A stretch of DNA of 32,000 nucleotides from Synechococcus elongatus PCC 6301 (GTDB taxonomy: Bacteria; Cyanobacteriota; Cyanobacteriia; Synechococcales; Synechococcaceae). A program made the position numbers and the translations under genes. Positions 1 through 11,671 of the stretch are shown piece by piece. The notes below the pieces were generated by a model. It ran no database searches. It was not told the origin of the DNA and was given only the letters and a program-made list of their open reading frames with translations. Numbering within the stretch: the stretch's first letter is position 1; the number at the start of each line of letters is the position of its first letter. The stretch spans positions 2,280,001 through 2,312,000 of the forward strand of contig NC_006576.1 in the NCBI RefSeq assembly GCF_000010065.1, in the 5' to 3' direction.

Positions 1-1307
1 ATCAGTTCAATCTCCGTCTCGTTGTAGCCCAGCAGACCCCCGTGGCGGATCAGGTAATAGGAATGCTTGTGATGGGAGGAGTGGTCGATGTGATGGCCGC
101 AATTGTGCAGGATGGCGGCTGCCCAAAGGAGTTCCCGTTCGCTCTCGCCCCATTGGTGTAGTTGTCCGCGCAGTTGGTCAAACAGGCTGAGGGCTAATTG
201 CGCCACTTGCTCGCCGTGACTGACATCTACCCGAAATTTGCGCGCTTGGTTGTAGACACTGCGCTGCCGCACCGATCCCTGATAGCGCAGCTTGTCTTCG
301 ATCAGTCCGTGGCTGAGCATCCAGTCGACGATCAGCCCCTCGCGCAAGGCCCGTTCGCAGATGGTGACGCGATCGCAACCCAACAGCTGCATGGTTTCCT
401 GCAGCACGATCGCCCCTGCAACGATAATCTCAGCTCGTCGTTCCGACAGCTCGGGCAAAGTCTGACGTTCGGCAAAGGGCATACGCCGCAACTGCTGCAC
501 CAACTGCTGCAGATCGCCAAGAGCTAAGCTGTAGCCATTGAAGGTGGTCGGCAAGCTGCCTTGGCTTTGGTGGGCATGGAGGGCGGCGAGGGCTTGAATG
601 GTGCCGGAAGTGCCGATCAGTCGTAGGGGCGTGTTGGGTGGTAGAGCGGCTTTGACTTCATCGACCGCCCGTTCGACCATGCCGCGCACGTAGGCTTGCA
701 GCACGGTGTACTCGCTGGGGCTAATTGGGTCGGTGTGAATGAATTCTTGGGTGAGACGGACGGCGCCAACCTTCGTGCTGGTCAGGCAGAGCGGCTCTTG
801 CCCCGCTCCCAGAATCAGCTCGGTCGATCCACCGCCAATATCAATGATGGCGTGGTGTCGCTGCTGAAAATCCATGCCGGACAGCACCCCAAGGTAGATG
901 CGTCGTGCTTCCTCTGGCCCCGAGATCAGATCGACTTCTAAACCGACTTCATGGATGACCCGCTCGAGAAATTGGCGACCATTGGGAGCCTCTCGCACAG
1001 CACTGGTGGCGACAGCCACAATTTGCGTGGCCCCCCGAGCCGCCGCGATCGCTCGACAGCGTTGCAGCGCTTGGAGTGCCCGTTCCATCGCCGCCTCGGT
1101 CAACTCACCCGTGGCAGGATCGCGATCGCCCAGTCGGACGGTGGCTTTCTCGGTGCCGACGATATCGAAGGCCGGCAGGTCGGGACGAATCTGGACCACC
1201 ACCATGTGAATGGAGTTTGTGCCCACATCGATTGCTGCCAAAATCGGTTCTGGCCCGAGCTCACTGGGGAGTGCTGGACGGGCGTGGGGCGCAATCTCGG
1301 TGCTCAT
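1..1307 (-). CDS. ppx: Exopolyphosphatase / Ppx-GppA family phosphatase, partial, running off the left edge
   Basis: Manual reverse-strand translation from ATG at 1307 is open to position 1: MSTEIAPHARPALPSELGPEPILAAIDVGTNSIHMVV...; the DVGTNS phosphate-binding motif and a IIDIGGGSTEL motif are present. Confidence 0.93.
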   Translation of the reverse strand, partial: MSTEIAPHARPALPSELGPEPILAAIDVGTNSIHMVVVQIRPDLPAFDIVGTEKATVRLGDRDPATGELTEAAMERALQALQRCRAIAAARGATQIVAVATSAVREAPNGRQFLERVIHEVGLEVDLISGPEEARRIYLGVLSGMDFQQRHHAIIDIGGGSTELILGAGQEPLCLTSTKVGAVRLTQEFIHTDPISPSEYTVLQAYVRGMVERAVDEVKAALPPNTPLRLIGTSGTIQALAALHAHQSQGSLPTTFNGYSLALGDLQQLVQQLRRMPFAERQTLPELSERRAEIIVAGAIVLQETMQLLGCDRVTICERALREGLIVDWMLSHGLIEDKLRYQGSVRQRSVYNQARKFRVDVSHGEQVAQLALSLFDQLRGQLHQWGESERELLWAAAILHNCGHHIDHSSHHKHSYYLIRHGGLLGYNETEIEL

Positions 1308-1394
1308 GGGCGCAGGGTTCCAAGCTAGGCCTAGTCTGCCATGCAGCGGGGGCCTCACTCGCAGTGGGATAATAAAGCCGCATCTGACAATGCC

Positions 1395-2273
1395 ATGAGT
1401 ACCTCTCTCCCCCGTGAATCGACTTGGCTGGCAGTCATTCGCCTGTTGCGCTGGGATAAGCCAGCCGGGCGATTGATTCTGTTGTTGCCAGCGCTATGGG
1501 CGGTGGTCTTGGCTTCTGGCGGACGGCCTGATTTTGGTCTGATCTGGTAGATTATCTGCGGCGGTTTGGCGGCTAGTGCGGCCGGTTGCGTGATCGATGA
1601 TCTTTGGGATCGCAACCTCGATCCGCGGGTTGAACGCACCAAGCAAAGGCCCTTGGCCTCCCGTCGCCTGTCCACAAGAGTCGGCGCGATCCCGGCGATC
1701 GTGTCGCTGTTAGCGGCTTGGGGGTTGGCTCAATTTCTGACGCCGCTGGGCTACTGGCTGTGCGTGGCAGCTGTGCCCGTGATCGTGCTCTATCCGGGGG
1801 CAAAGCGTGTCTTTCCGGTTCCGCAACTGGTGCTGGCGATCGCCTGGGGATTTAGTGTGCTGATCAGCTGGGCGGCGGTGCAGGGGGAGCTGACTTGGGC
1901 AGCGATCGCCCTCTGGGCAGCAACCCTGTTTTGGGCCCTTGGCTTTGATACAGTCTATGCCTTGGCCGATCGCGAGGACGATATCCAAGTGGGAATCCAG
2001 TCCAGCGCTCGCTTCTTTGGCGACTTAGCCCCACTGGCGATCGCAGCTTGCTACCTGTTGACCAGTCTCTTTCTGGCCTGGACGGGGGCTCTGCTCAACC
2101 TCCATCCCCTCTTTTGGCTGGCTTGGGGCGGAGCGACGGGCTTGTGGGTCTATCAAAGCTGGCGCTTGCGCGAGCCCCTGCCTCGGGCAATCTATAGCCA
2201 GCTGTTTGCTGAGAATGTCTCGATTGGTCTACTGGTGCTGACGGGCTTTTGGCTGGGAGCTTGGTTGCTGTGA
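1395..2273 (+). pseudogene. ubiA: UbiA-like 4-hydroxybenzoate polyprenyltransferase (plastoquinone pathway), interrupted by in-frame TAG at 1548-1550
   Basis: Frame from ATG 1395 gives [88 protein letters not shown]...; UbiA motifs (AGCVxxDxxDRxxDxxVxRTxxRPL) and hydrophobic helices continue in the same frame after the stop to TGA at 2271-2273. Confidence 0.85.
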
Positions 2274-3166
2274 CTGTGGCCTGGCCAGCACCCCTTCAGC
2301 CCGGCGATCGCTTGCTGGCCATTGCACCCAGCGGTTGCCTGCGCGAACTAGATGCCCTACAAGCGGCTCTGGAACTCTGGTGGCAGGCCGGCTTTTCAAT
2401 CGATTTGGCACCTCACTGGCGAGATCAACAGGGCTACCTAGCGGGTAGCGATCACGATCGCTTAGCGGACTTAAAAGAAGGGTGGCTGGATCCGCGCTAT
2501 CGCGGCTTGGTTTGCATTCGTGGTGGCTGGGGTGCAGCACGACTGCTGGAAGCTTGCGATGACTGGCCAACTCCGCCGCAACCGAAGTGGCTGGTCGGCT
2601 TTTCTGATATCACCACGCTGTTGTGGACGCTGACTCGCCAGCAACGGGGAGCCATCCATGCTCCTGTGCTGACTACCTTGGCAGCGGAACCGGCGCGATC
2701 GCGGCAGCGACTTTGGGATTGTCTGCAAGGCAAACCGTTAGAACCGCTGACCGGTAGCGTTTGGGTGCCTGGCTCTGCCCAAGGCCCGCTCTATCCTGCC
2801 AATCTGACCGTGGCGACCCATCTACTCGGAACGCCTTGGCTACCCGACCTACGCGGCGCAATCTTGGCGATCGAAGATGTCTCAGAACAACCCTATCGGC
2901 TCGATCGCCTGCTGACTCAGTGGCGTTTGAGCGGTCAGCTGCAGCAACTGGCCGGTATTGCAGTTGGGCGCTTTAGTCAGTGCGATCCGCCCAGCGATCG
3001 CCCAAGTTTTACGGTGGAAGCTGTCTTACGCGATCGCCTCAGTGACCTCGGGATTCCTGTCCTCGCCGATCTTCCGTTTGGTCACGACGGCGAAAATGCA
3101 GTGCTACCAGTCGGGGCAATCGCCCAGATTGCGGGTGATCAATTGCAGATTCACTGGCCCGCTTAA
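2270..3166 (+). CDS. LD-carboxypeptidase (peptidase S66 family, muramoyltetrapeptide carboxypeptidase-like)
   Basis: GTG start overlapping the upstream TGA; VTVAWPAPLQPGDRLLAIAPSGCLRE..., VCIRGGWGAARLLE..., VGFSDITTLLWTL, HAPVLT, LAIEDVSEQPYRLDR, PFGHDGENAVLPVG are characteristic of S66 peptidases. Confidence 0.87.
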   Translation: MTVAWPAPLQPGDRLLAIAPSGCLRELDALQAALELWWQAGFSIDLAPHWRDQQGYLAGSDHDRLADLKEGWLDPRYRGLVCIRGGWGAARLLEACDDWPTPPQPKWLVGFSDITTLLWTLTRQQRGAIHAPVLTTLAAEPARSRQRLWDCLQGKPLEPLTGSVWVPGSAQGPLYPANLTVATHLLGTPWLPDLRGAILAIEDVSEQPYRLDRLLTQWRLSGQLQQLAGIAVGRFSQCDPPSDRPSFTVEAVLRDRLSDLGIPVLADLPFGHDGENAVLPVGAIAQIAGDQLQIHWPA

Positions 3167-3411
3167 ACTCTATCTCAATTGCGATCGCGTTAATCAGAAT
3201 AATCAGGACGTTTTATTGGGATTGATTAGCCTCAAACCCGTGGTCAACACCAGAGAGTCTTACCCGCAGCGATCGCGATTCAGCCGATCAGTCTCACCCG
3301 AAATCTTGTTGCGTGAGTGTGGGGGTGCGCAATCACCCCTACGGACAGAGGCTGTTGACTCTCAACCTGTTCGTCTAGACCTAGATTGTCCTAAATGGCT
3401 AGCAGATCCCC

Positions 3412-3442
3412 ATAAAAAATCCCCGCCAGCTAGGGCGGGGAT
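3412..3442 (-). terminator. Rho-independent terminator downstream of psbY
   Basis: Minus strand reads CCCCGCC-CTAGCT-GGCGGGG followed by ATTTTTTA: 7-bp GC stem plus T-tract, about 25 bp 3' of the psbY stop. Confidence 0.8.
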
Positions 3443-3465
3443 CCAGCACTTTTATCAATCTGAAA

Positions 3466-3588
3466 TTATGCTTGGTCGCCTTTCAACGCTCGGTTGATCT
3501 GCTCCAACGCTGCTTTGCCGATGTTGAACACCGCCCAGCCCCCTGCCAACAAAATTGGAGCCAGGACAACAATTAAACGCCAGTCCAT
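3466..3588 (-). CDS. psbY: Photosystem II protein PsbY (40 aa), not in the supplied ORF track
   Basis: Manual translation: [40 protein letters not shown]; single TM helix with the MDWR N-terminus and the [11 protein letters not shown] motif expected for cyanobacterial PsbY. Confidence 0.87.
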   Translation of the reverse strand: MDWRLIVVLAPILLAGGWAVFNIGKAALEQINRALKGDQA

Positions 3589-3634
3589 CTCAACTCTCCT
3601 GAATGATTGCGCCGATCGCGCAGACTTTCCTTGA

Positions 3635-4183
3635 TTATTGTGCGGATTCCGATCTTTTTTCGCTAGTCTTGCCGGCTTGTTGTTGGGCGTGGGCTTCGGC
3701 TAAGGCCACATAATGCTGGGCATGTTGGCGGAGATCGGCGATTTCAGCGGCACTCAGCGATCGCACAACCTTGGCAGGAACCCCCATGGCTAGGCTACCA
3801 GCGGGGATCGACTTGGTGACGACGGCACCCGCCCCGACGATGCTTCCCGCGCCGATCTGGACACCATTGAGCACGATCGCGCCAATGCCAATCAAACTAC
3901 CGGCCCCAATATTGGCGGAGTGAATCACGGCCCGGTGCCCAACGGTGACGTCTTCTTCCAGAATCGTGGGCTGACCCGGATCGCCATGCAGTACGGCTCC
4001 ATCTTGAACATTGCTATTGCAGCCGATTTCAATGCGCTCGACATCGCCCCGCAGAACTGCCGTGGGCCAAATGCTGACGCCTTCGGCTAGAACGACATCG
4101 CCACAGATCACGGCGCTCTCTGCCACATAGGTCGCCCGCTGACAGTCCGGTTCACCCCAAGTGCGATCGCCAAATGCCGCCAT
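3635..4183 (-). CDS. Gamma-carbonic-anhydrase-like hexapeptide-repeat protein (ORF opens upstream to 4291; likely start at 4183)
   Basis: Hexapeptide-repeat left-handed beta-helix pattern: [33 protein letters not shown]...[44 protein letters not shown]; [10 protein letters not shown]-terminal signature. Confidence 0.88.
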   Translation of the reverse strand: MAAFGDRTWGEPDCQRATYVAESAVICGDVVLAEGVSIWPTAVLRGDVERIEIGCNSNVQDGAVLHGDPGQPTILEEDVTVGHRAVIHSANIGAGSLIGIGAIVLNGVQIGAGSIVGAGAVVTKSIPAGSLAMGVPAKVVRSLSAAEIADLRQHAQHYVALAEAHAQQQAGKTSEKRSESAQ

Positions 4184-4340
4184 CTTTGTGCCCCTGCTGA
4201 TTGGAATTTCAGTGCCATTGTCGGCTGCAGGACTGCTGTTGCCGCAGATAGGCCGTAAATTGAAAGCCTTGCTGAAGGGTCGGCCCCTCATCGCGATCGC
4301 TCGCTAGAATGTCGCCCTAGATGCCCTGCAAGGATCTCGA

Positions 4341-4847
4341 ATGGTCTATTCGGCCGCTCAGTATCCCCTCTTTGGTGCCGAGATCAGTTGCCCTCACTGT
4401 CGGCAGAATATTCCGGCGCTAACACTCACCGATGCCTATCTCTGCAATCGGCATGGTGCTTTTGAGGCAAACCCTGAGACAGGCGAGCTGGTTCACCTGC
4501 AATCGGGCCGAACTTGGCGGCGTTGGGAGGACCAGTGGCATCGTCAGCATACGCATCCAGATGGACTGCGTTTTGAAATTCATGAGGCCCTCGATCGTCT
4601 CTTCAGCCAAGGACAGCACGCAGTACGGGTCACGATCGCTGATCGCTACCGCGAGTTACTGCGCAGTTATTGGCAGCGATCGGGGGGACTAGGCGCTGCT
4701 GCTTGCAGTGAGCATCGAATCTATGGGCTGCCAGTACAGTTCAGCCCCTCACCAAAGGAAGACCCTTGTGGGGCGGTGATCAATTTCCAGTTGGAATCGA
4801 AGGACGGCGCACTGTTGCGCTATCCCCACTTCCGTTTGTTTGAATAG
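4341..4847 (+). CDS. Conserved cyanobacterial protein, TIGR02652-like, with a CPHC zinc-ribbon-like N-terminus
   Basis: 168-aa ORF: MVYSAAQYPLFGAEISCPHCRQNIPALTLTDAYLCNRHGAFEANPETGELVHLQSGRTWRRWEDQWHRQHTHPDGLRFEIHEALDRL... Confidence 0.72.
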   Translation: MVYSAAQYPLFGAEISCPHCRQNIPALTLTDAYLCNRHGAFEANPETGELVHLQSGRTWRRWEDQWHRQHTHPDGLRFEIHEALDRLFSQGQHAVRVTIADRYRELLRSYWQRSGGLGAAACSEHRIYGLPVQFSPSPKEDPCGAVINFQLESKDGALLRYPHFRLFE

Positions 4848-4894
4848 GGCGATCGCTTCACTTGGACGTTGCTAGGAGGCGATCGCGTCAGAGC

Positions 4895-6697
4895 CTAAAC
4901 GATCGCGGCTGCAATCCAGTCTTGCACTGTTTCAACCACTGAACCCACAGCAATCACACTGGATTCCTTGCTAGCCCGCTGCACTACCTCGACCTTGCCT
5001 TCCTTCAGCGATCGCCCGGTGACGATGCGGTAGGGAATGCCAATCAGATCGGCGTCTTTGAATTTGACGCCTGCCCGCTCATCGCGATCGTCGAGTAGTG
5101 TTTCAATCCCTGCTGCTGTCAAATCCGCATAGATTTTCTCAGCTGCTGCGACCTGCTCCGTGTCCGTGATGTTGGGAATCACCACCACCGCTTGATAAGG
5201 CGCGATCGCAACTGGCCAGATGATGCCGTCCTTGTCGTAGGACTGTTCCACTGCAGCCTGAGCCACCCGCGACACCCCAATGCCATAGCAGCCCATCCAC
5301 AAGGGTTCCTCAGTTCCATTTTCGGTGGTGAAGGTCGCGCCCATCGCTTGGGAATATTTCAGACCCAACTGGAAGATGTGACCTGCTTCAATCCCGCGAG
5401 CAGATGCCAACACTTGGCTGGAATCATGCTGAGCGCGATCGCCGACTAGGGCTGTCCGCAGATCCACCACGGCTGGTTTCGGGAAATTGGTTTCCCAATT
5501 CGCGCCGACTACGTGGAAGTTGACTTCGTTGGCACCTGTGACGAAGTTCTGCAGTTCTGCCGCCGTCGGATCAACAAGCCGTAGGAACTTGGGAATGATG
5601 CTCTCGTTAACCGCGATCGCAGAATCCGCCAGATCAGGGCCGAGATAACCCAGCGGTAGCGGCGCCGCTGTCCATTTCTTCAGGGCTTCTGCATCCGGCA
5701 CCGTCAAGGCAATCACGGTTTTGGCACCGTAGTCCGCCGCCCGACGAGTCAGCTCATTGGTCAGCTTGATCTCATTGACGCTTTGGTCGCCGCGAATGCT
5801 AATCAGAATCGGCAGCAGTTTGCCGTTATCAAAGACTGCTTGATACAGGACTTGCTTAACAACCTGCGTTGGATCAGCTTTCAAGAACTCGCAGAGGCTT
5901 GCGATCGTGTCAGTGCCGGGGGTTTCTCGCTTTTCAAAAGTTGTGAAAGCAGAGGCGATCGCTTCCGCAGGCAGTGAGACAGCTTTCTCAACGTTGGCAG
6001 CGTAGCGCCCATCTTCGGTGTAGAGAATTTCGTCTTCGCCCGCATCCGCCAGAATCATAAATTCCTGCGAGGCAGAACCACCGATTGCACCGGAATCTGC
6101 TTCAACGGCGCGGAATTGGAGACCACAGCGCCGGAAGATATTGCGATAAGCCTGATCCATTGCCGCGTAGGTCTGGCGCAGACTTTCCTCATCAGCATGG
6201 AAGGAGTAGGCGTCCTTCATGATGAATTCCCGACCCCGCATTAGACCAAAGCGCGGCCGAATCTCATCCCGGAATTTAGTCTGAATTTGATAGAGGTTCT
6301 GGGGTAGCTGGCGATAGGAACGAATCAGATCCCGCGCCACAGCAGTGATCACTTCCTCGTGGGTCGGCCCCAAGCCCAACTGCCGTTGTTGGCGATCGTC
6401 CAGAGAGAACATGATCCCCTCGGCCTTGGCGTAGGTCTCCCAACGCCCCGACTCTTGCCAGAGTTCCGCCGGTTGCAGTTGCGGCAACAAGGTTTCCTGT
6501 GCGCCGGTCGCATCCATCTCTTCGCGCACAATCTGCGAGACCTTGCGTAATACCCGCCACATCAGCGGCAAGTAGGCGTAGATGCCGCTGGCAATCCGGC
6601 GGATATAGCCCGCCCGCAAGAGCAATTTGTGACTGGGAATTTCCGCTTCTGCTGGATCCTCGCGGAGGGTCACAAACAGCATCTGAGAAAGGCGCAT
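4895..6697 (-). CDS. proS: Prolyl-tRNA synthetase (ORF opens at 6715; [10 protein letters not shown] start preferred)
   Basis: Class II motifs: [95 protein letters not shown]. Confidence 0.97.
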   Translation of the reverse strand: MRLSQMLFVTLREDPAEAEIPSHKLLLRAGYIRRIASGIYAYLPLMWRVLRKVSQIVREEMDATGAQETLLPQLQPAELWQESGRWETYAKAEGIMFSLDDRQQRQLGLGPTHEEVITAVARDLIRSYRQLPQNLYQIQTKFRDEIRPRFGLMRGREFIMKDAYSFHADEESLRQTYAAMDQAYRNIFRRCGLQFRAVEADSGAIGGSASQEFMILADAGEDEILYTEDGRYAANVEKAVSLPAEAIASAFTTFEKRETPGTDTIASLCEFLKADPTQVVKQVLYQAVFDNGKLLPILISIRGDQSVNEIKLTNELTRRAADYGAKTVIALTVPDAEALKKWTAAPLPLGYLGPDLADSAIAVNESIIPKFLRLVDPTAAELQNFVTGANEVNFHVVGANWETNFPKPAVVDLRTALVGDRAQHDSSQVLASARGIEAGHIFQLGLKYSQAMGATFTTENGTEEPLWMGCYGIGVSRVAQAAVEQSYDKDGIIWPVAIAPYQAVVVIPNITDTEQVAAAEKIYADLTAAGIETLLDDRDERAGVKFKDADLIGIPYRIVTGRSLKEGKVEVVQRASKESSVIAVGSVVETVQDWIAAAIV

Positions 6698-6903
6698 GGC
6701 AGCAAACTTGAGCAAAGAAGCACCCTTCAGCCTACCGCGCCCTTGGCTCGCACTGTGCTGGAAGAGTGGTGGTACTTGCTATCACCCAGCCCAGCCGTCA
6801 AGAACACTGAGGACTCCAGTGTGCGGAAAAACCCTGACCTTTACGGCCGATTCAAATTTTGCGTGGCACCCTTAGAGGCAGACTGCCAAGAAGAGGACCT
6901 ACC

Positions 6904-7275
6904 ATGGCCATTCTCTGGAATCTTCCTCGGCTGGCGCGCGATCGCAGCTTCAATGCGACGTCCCTCGCTGAGGTGACGGGGCTGCCGCTGACCCTAGTCG
7001 AAGGCTGGCTTCAACAGCGGTTGATGCCACCCCTCACCGCCCACGAACTCGATCGCCTCTGTCAGGCGTTGAACTGCCAACCGGGGGACTTGCTGGTGGC
7101 TGAAGCACCCGAAACAGTTTTGGCCTGCGAGGGTGAACAAACCTGTCTGGACTCGCTGCTAGATGCCAAGCTCCACATCTTCCATGAGGAGATGAATGGA
7201 CATTTGACTCGCATGCAGATTCAAGTCAGTGATGAGGCGATCGCCGATGGTGATCCGATCAGCTCCGGTACCTAA
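6904..7275 (+). CDS. Small protein with a putative XRE/Cro-like helix-turn-helix N-terminal region (123 aa)
   Basis: MAILWNLPRLARDRSFNATSLAEVTGLPLTLVEGWLQQRLMPPLTAHELDRLCQALNCQPGDLLV resembles Xre-type HTH domains ('L..l..aL.c.pgdLl'); the rest is unassigned. Confidence 0.6.
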   Translation: MAILWNLPRLARDRSFNATSLAEVTGLPLTLVEGWLQQRLMPPLTAHELDRLCQALNCQPGDLLVAEAPETVLACEGEQTCLDSLLDAKLHIFHEEMNGHLTRMQIQVSDEAIADGDPISSGT

Positions 7276-7413
7276 AAGTGCGATCGCAAGCCTCTTAATT
7301 GGCTGCGGATCGCTGCGTCTTAACCGCTTCTGAATCTAAGCCTGCTATAGGTCGATCAGGGAGTGATGCTCGCTGAGTGCCACCCCCGATCGTTGCTGAT
7401 TGGAGATGCTGTC

Positions 7414-7803
7414 ATGCCTCGTATTCGCCCTGCCGAAATTGTGGAAGCTTGGCAGAAGCACGGTGAACCGCTGTTGGTGCCTGCGGGTTCGGTGATCTTC
7501 AATGCTGAAGAACAGGGCACCACGATGTATGGCCTGCTGGAAGGCGAAGTCGTACTTAAGCGGGGCGATCAAGAGCTGGAGCGAATCACTGCCGGTGATG
7601 TTTTTGGTGAAGGCGCGATCGCGCAGGATCAACATCAGCGTTTCTCGACTGCAGTGGCGGCAACGGATTGCAAGCTAGCAACTCTGGACCGCGAACGCTT
7701 TCTCTTCCTGATTCACAACTCGCCTGTTTTTGCCCTGGATGTAATCGCCAGCCTCAGCACTCGGTTGCGGGCGATCAAAGGTAGCCTCGAGCCGAGCCAG
7801 TAG
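7414..7803 (+). CDS. Cyclic nucleotide-binding (Crp-like) domain protein (ORF opens at 7363)
   Basis: GEPLLVPAGSVIFNAEEQGTTMYGLLEGEVVLKRGDQELERITAGDVFGEGAIAQDQHQRFSTAVAATDCKLATLDRERFLFLI follows the cNMP beta-roll pattern. No C-terminal DNA-binding domain. GGAG is spaced well for start 7414. Confidence 0.83.
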   Translation: MPRIRPAEIVEAWQKHGEPLLVPAGSVIFNAEEQGTTMYGLLEGEVVLKRGDQELERITAGDVFGEGAIAQDQHQRFSTAVAATDCKLATLDRERFLFLIHNSPVFALDVIASLSTRLRAIKGSLEPSQ

Positions 7804-7851
7804 CAGCGCGATTACTGACATCACGTCAGTCGCCCTTGTCGCCCAATAGGA

Positions 7852-7875
7852 GACAGGGGGCTTTAGCCCCTTGTC
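7852..7875. terminator. Strong hairpin between convergent genes, possible terminator (no T-tract)
   Basis: GACAGGGGGC-TTTA-GCCCCTTGTC: 10-bp stem with one G.U pair in the + strand transcript; lies between a + gene and accD (-). Confidence 0.45.
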
Positions 7876-7923
7876 CTAGAGGGGTGAAACTTGAACTCCC
7901 TGACTTAACTCAGTTGCCAAATC

Positions 7924-8841
7924 CTAGAGGGGTGCGGTGGCAGGACTAGAGGATTCGAGCAGGGGCAGCTTCATTTCAGGCGATTGCGGCTGGTGCAGAC
8001 GAATGAGTTGCGCCAAGGTCTTCTTCAATTGCGTACGTGGCACAATCGTGTCGACGAAGCCGTGGGCCTGCAGATATTCCGCCGTTTGGAAGTCGTCGGG
8101 TAGCTTTTCGCGCAGGGTTTGCTCAATCACGCGCCGTCCCGCAAAGCCAATGAGTGCCTTGGGTTCCGCGATGATCAAGTCTCCCAACATGGCAAAGCTG
8201 GCTGTGACACCGCCGGTAGTCGGGTGGGTCAAAATCGGCAGATAGAGCAAACCGGCTTCGCGGTGCCGTTCCAGTGCGCCCGAAATTTTGGCCATCTGCA
8301 TTAGGCTGAGCATGCCTTCTTGCATCCGTGCCCCACCGGAAGCACAGACGATGATCACGGGCGATCGCTGCTCGGTGCCTTTTTCGATCAAGCGAGTCAG
8401 TTTTTCGCCGACGACAGAACCCATGCTGCCGCCCATGAAGCGAAAGTCCATCACACCCAGCGCGACCGGCTGACCTTCGAGCAAGCCGACGCCAGTGCGA
8501 ACCGCATCACTCAGACCCGTGTTGGCTTGGGTTTCCTTTAGGCGATCGCTATAGGACTTGCGATCGCGGAAACCGAGCGGATCGGTGGGCGAAACTGCTT
8601 CATCCAAAAACTGCCAAGTGCCGGGGTCGATCAACTGGCGAATGCGCTCATCGCTGTAGATGCGCAGGTGATGACCACACTGCAAACAGACCATCAAATT
8701 GGCCTGCAAATCCTTGGTGTAAGTCAGAGCGTCGCAGGACTCACACTTCGTCCAGAGACCATCGGCAATTTCGCGCTCTTGATAGTCGTGAACGACGGGT
8801 TCGGTCTTACGGCGATTGGCAAACCAGTCCAAGAGCGACAT
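7924..8841 (-). CDS. accD: Acetyl-CoA carboxylase carboxyltransferase subunit beta (ORF opens at 8859)
   Basis: [15 protein letters not shown]..., four-Cys zinc ribbon CESC...[54 protein letters not shown]. Confidence 0.96.
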   Translation of the reverse strand: MSLLDWFANRRKTEPVVHDYQEREIADGLWTKCESCDALTYTKDLQANLMVCLQCGHHLRIYSDERIRQLIDPGTWQFLDEAVSPTDPLGFRDRKSYSDRLKETQANTGLSDAVRTGVGLLEGQPVALGVMDFRFMGGSMGSVVGEKLTRLIEKGTEQRSPVIIVCASGGARMQEGMLSLMQMAKISGALERHREAGLLYLPILTHPTTGGVTASFAMLGDLIIAEPKALIGFAGRRVIEQTLREKLPDDFQTAEYLQAHGFVDTIVPRTQLKKTLAQLIRLHQPQSPEMKLPLLESSSPATAPL

Positions 8842-8964
8842 GGTCTGAACCCGACTCAACAGCCTTCCTATGGTAACTCACGCTACCGAGCAGAACAGTC
8901 CGGAACAGGGCTCGGCGATCGCTCCACTCCAGTCGCTATCAAGGTTCACAACTCACTGAACGGC

Positions 8965-10854
<1,890 letters not shown>

Positions 10855-10857
10855 TTT

Positions 10858-11244
10858 ATGCCGCGTTGGACTCTGAGTACTGAATTTCACTTCAGTAGCG
10901 CCCACTGCATTCGGGACTATGACGGTCCTTGTGGGCGAATGCATGGTCACACCTATCACGTGCGGATTGAAGCGATCGCCTCTGAACTCAGCCCCTCTGA
11001 ATACTGCCCCCATCCAGTGATGGTGGCGGATTTTCGGACATTACGCTGGGCTAAAAAAGATGTCACCAAGGGAGGACTCGATCACTGTGTCCTCAATGAG
11101 GTGATGCCGCCTGAGTATGAGACGACGGCGGAAATGATTGCGAAGTACATCCACGACAAGACAAAAAATATGCTGCCGCCGGGTACCCAGCTCAAGGTTG
11201 CAGTCTCAGAAACACCGAATTCTTGGGCGACCTACGAGGATTAA
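10858..11244 (+). CDS. queD: 6-pyruvoyl-tetrahydropterin synthase / QueD-like 6-carboxytetrahydropterin synthase
   Basis: FHFSSAHCIRDYDGPCGRMHGHTYHVRIEA (Zn-binding His and Cys), MVADFRTLR, LDHCVLNEV, VAVSETPNSWATYE. Confidence 0.85.
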   Translation: MPRWTLSTEFHFSSAHCIRDYDGPCGRMHGHTYHVRIEAIASELSPSEYCPHPVMVADFRTLRWAKKDVTKGGLDHCVLNEVMPPEYETTAEMIAKYIHDKTKNMLPPGTQLKVAVSETPNSWATYED

Positions 11245-11296
11245 AGCGATTGAAAATGGCGCTCATGCCTGAAGAGAGTGCTGCTGACGGAGGCAA

Positions 11297-11638
11297 TTAT
11301 TGTGACTTACGATCGCTTGCTGCCTCTTCGCCATCTTGAGACTCCTCGAGACACGTAGAAACCGATCGCAGGTTCTCAGGAATTGGTTGGTCGGTCTTAA
11401 AGCTCAATTGCACTTCTGTCAGCGAGAGATAGCCAGATTCTAAAAATGAAAGCAACATTCGCTGGAGGGCGGGCCAAATTTCAGCTTCAAATTCCCAAGG
11501 GCGATCGCGGCGGGCGCGAGCAGCGATTGACTTTAGTGCCCAAAAATAGGAATTCCGCACCATGCCACCAGTCTTGCGATAGGTTGGCGCATCTTCCTCA
11601 TGGATATAGAGGACATTCCCTTGGATCCAAGCACGCAT
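11297..11638 (-). CDS. Hypothetical protein (likely start 11638; the longer ORF from 11713 reads through tRNA-Ser)
   Basis: MRAWIQGNVLYIHEEDAPTYRKTGGMVRNSYFWALKSIAARARRDRPWEFEAEIWPALQRMLLSFLESGYLSLTEVQLSFKTDQPIPE... Confidence 0.6.
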   Translation of the reverse strand: MRAWIQGNVLYIHEEDAPTYRKTGGMVRNSYFWALKSIAARARRDRPWEFEAEIWPALQRMLLSFLESGYLSLTEVQLSFKTDQPIPENLRSVSTCLEESQDGEEAASDRKSQ

Positions 11639-11671
11639 CGGAGTCGCGGCAGTAACGGAACAAGCGGGAAA

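Noticed and set aside
1566-2273. Treating 1566..2273 as a complete independent prenyltransferase gene with a TTG start
   Set aside because: Upstream sequence in the same frame (1395-1547) encodes the conserved UbiA N-terminus ([22 protein letters not shown]), so this is the 3' part of one interrupted gene.
2958-3497. 179-aa + strand ORF between LD-carboxypeptidase and psbY
   Set aside because: It overlaps the LD-carboxypeptidase 3' end out of frame, runs through the psbY terminator and antisense into psbY, and has no recognisable domain.
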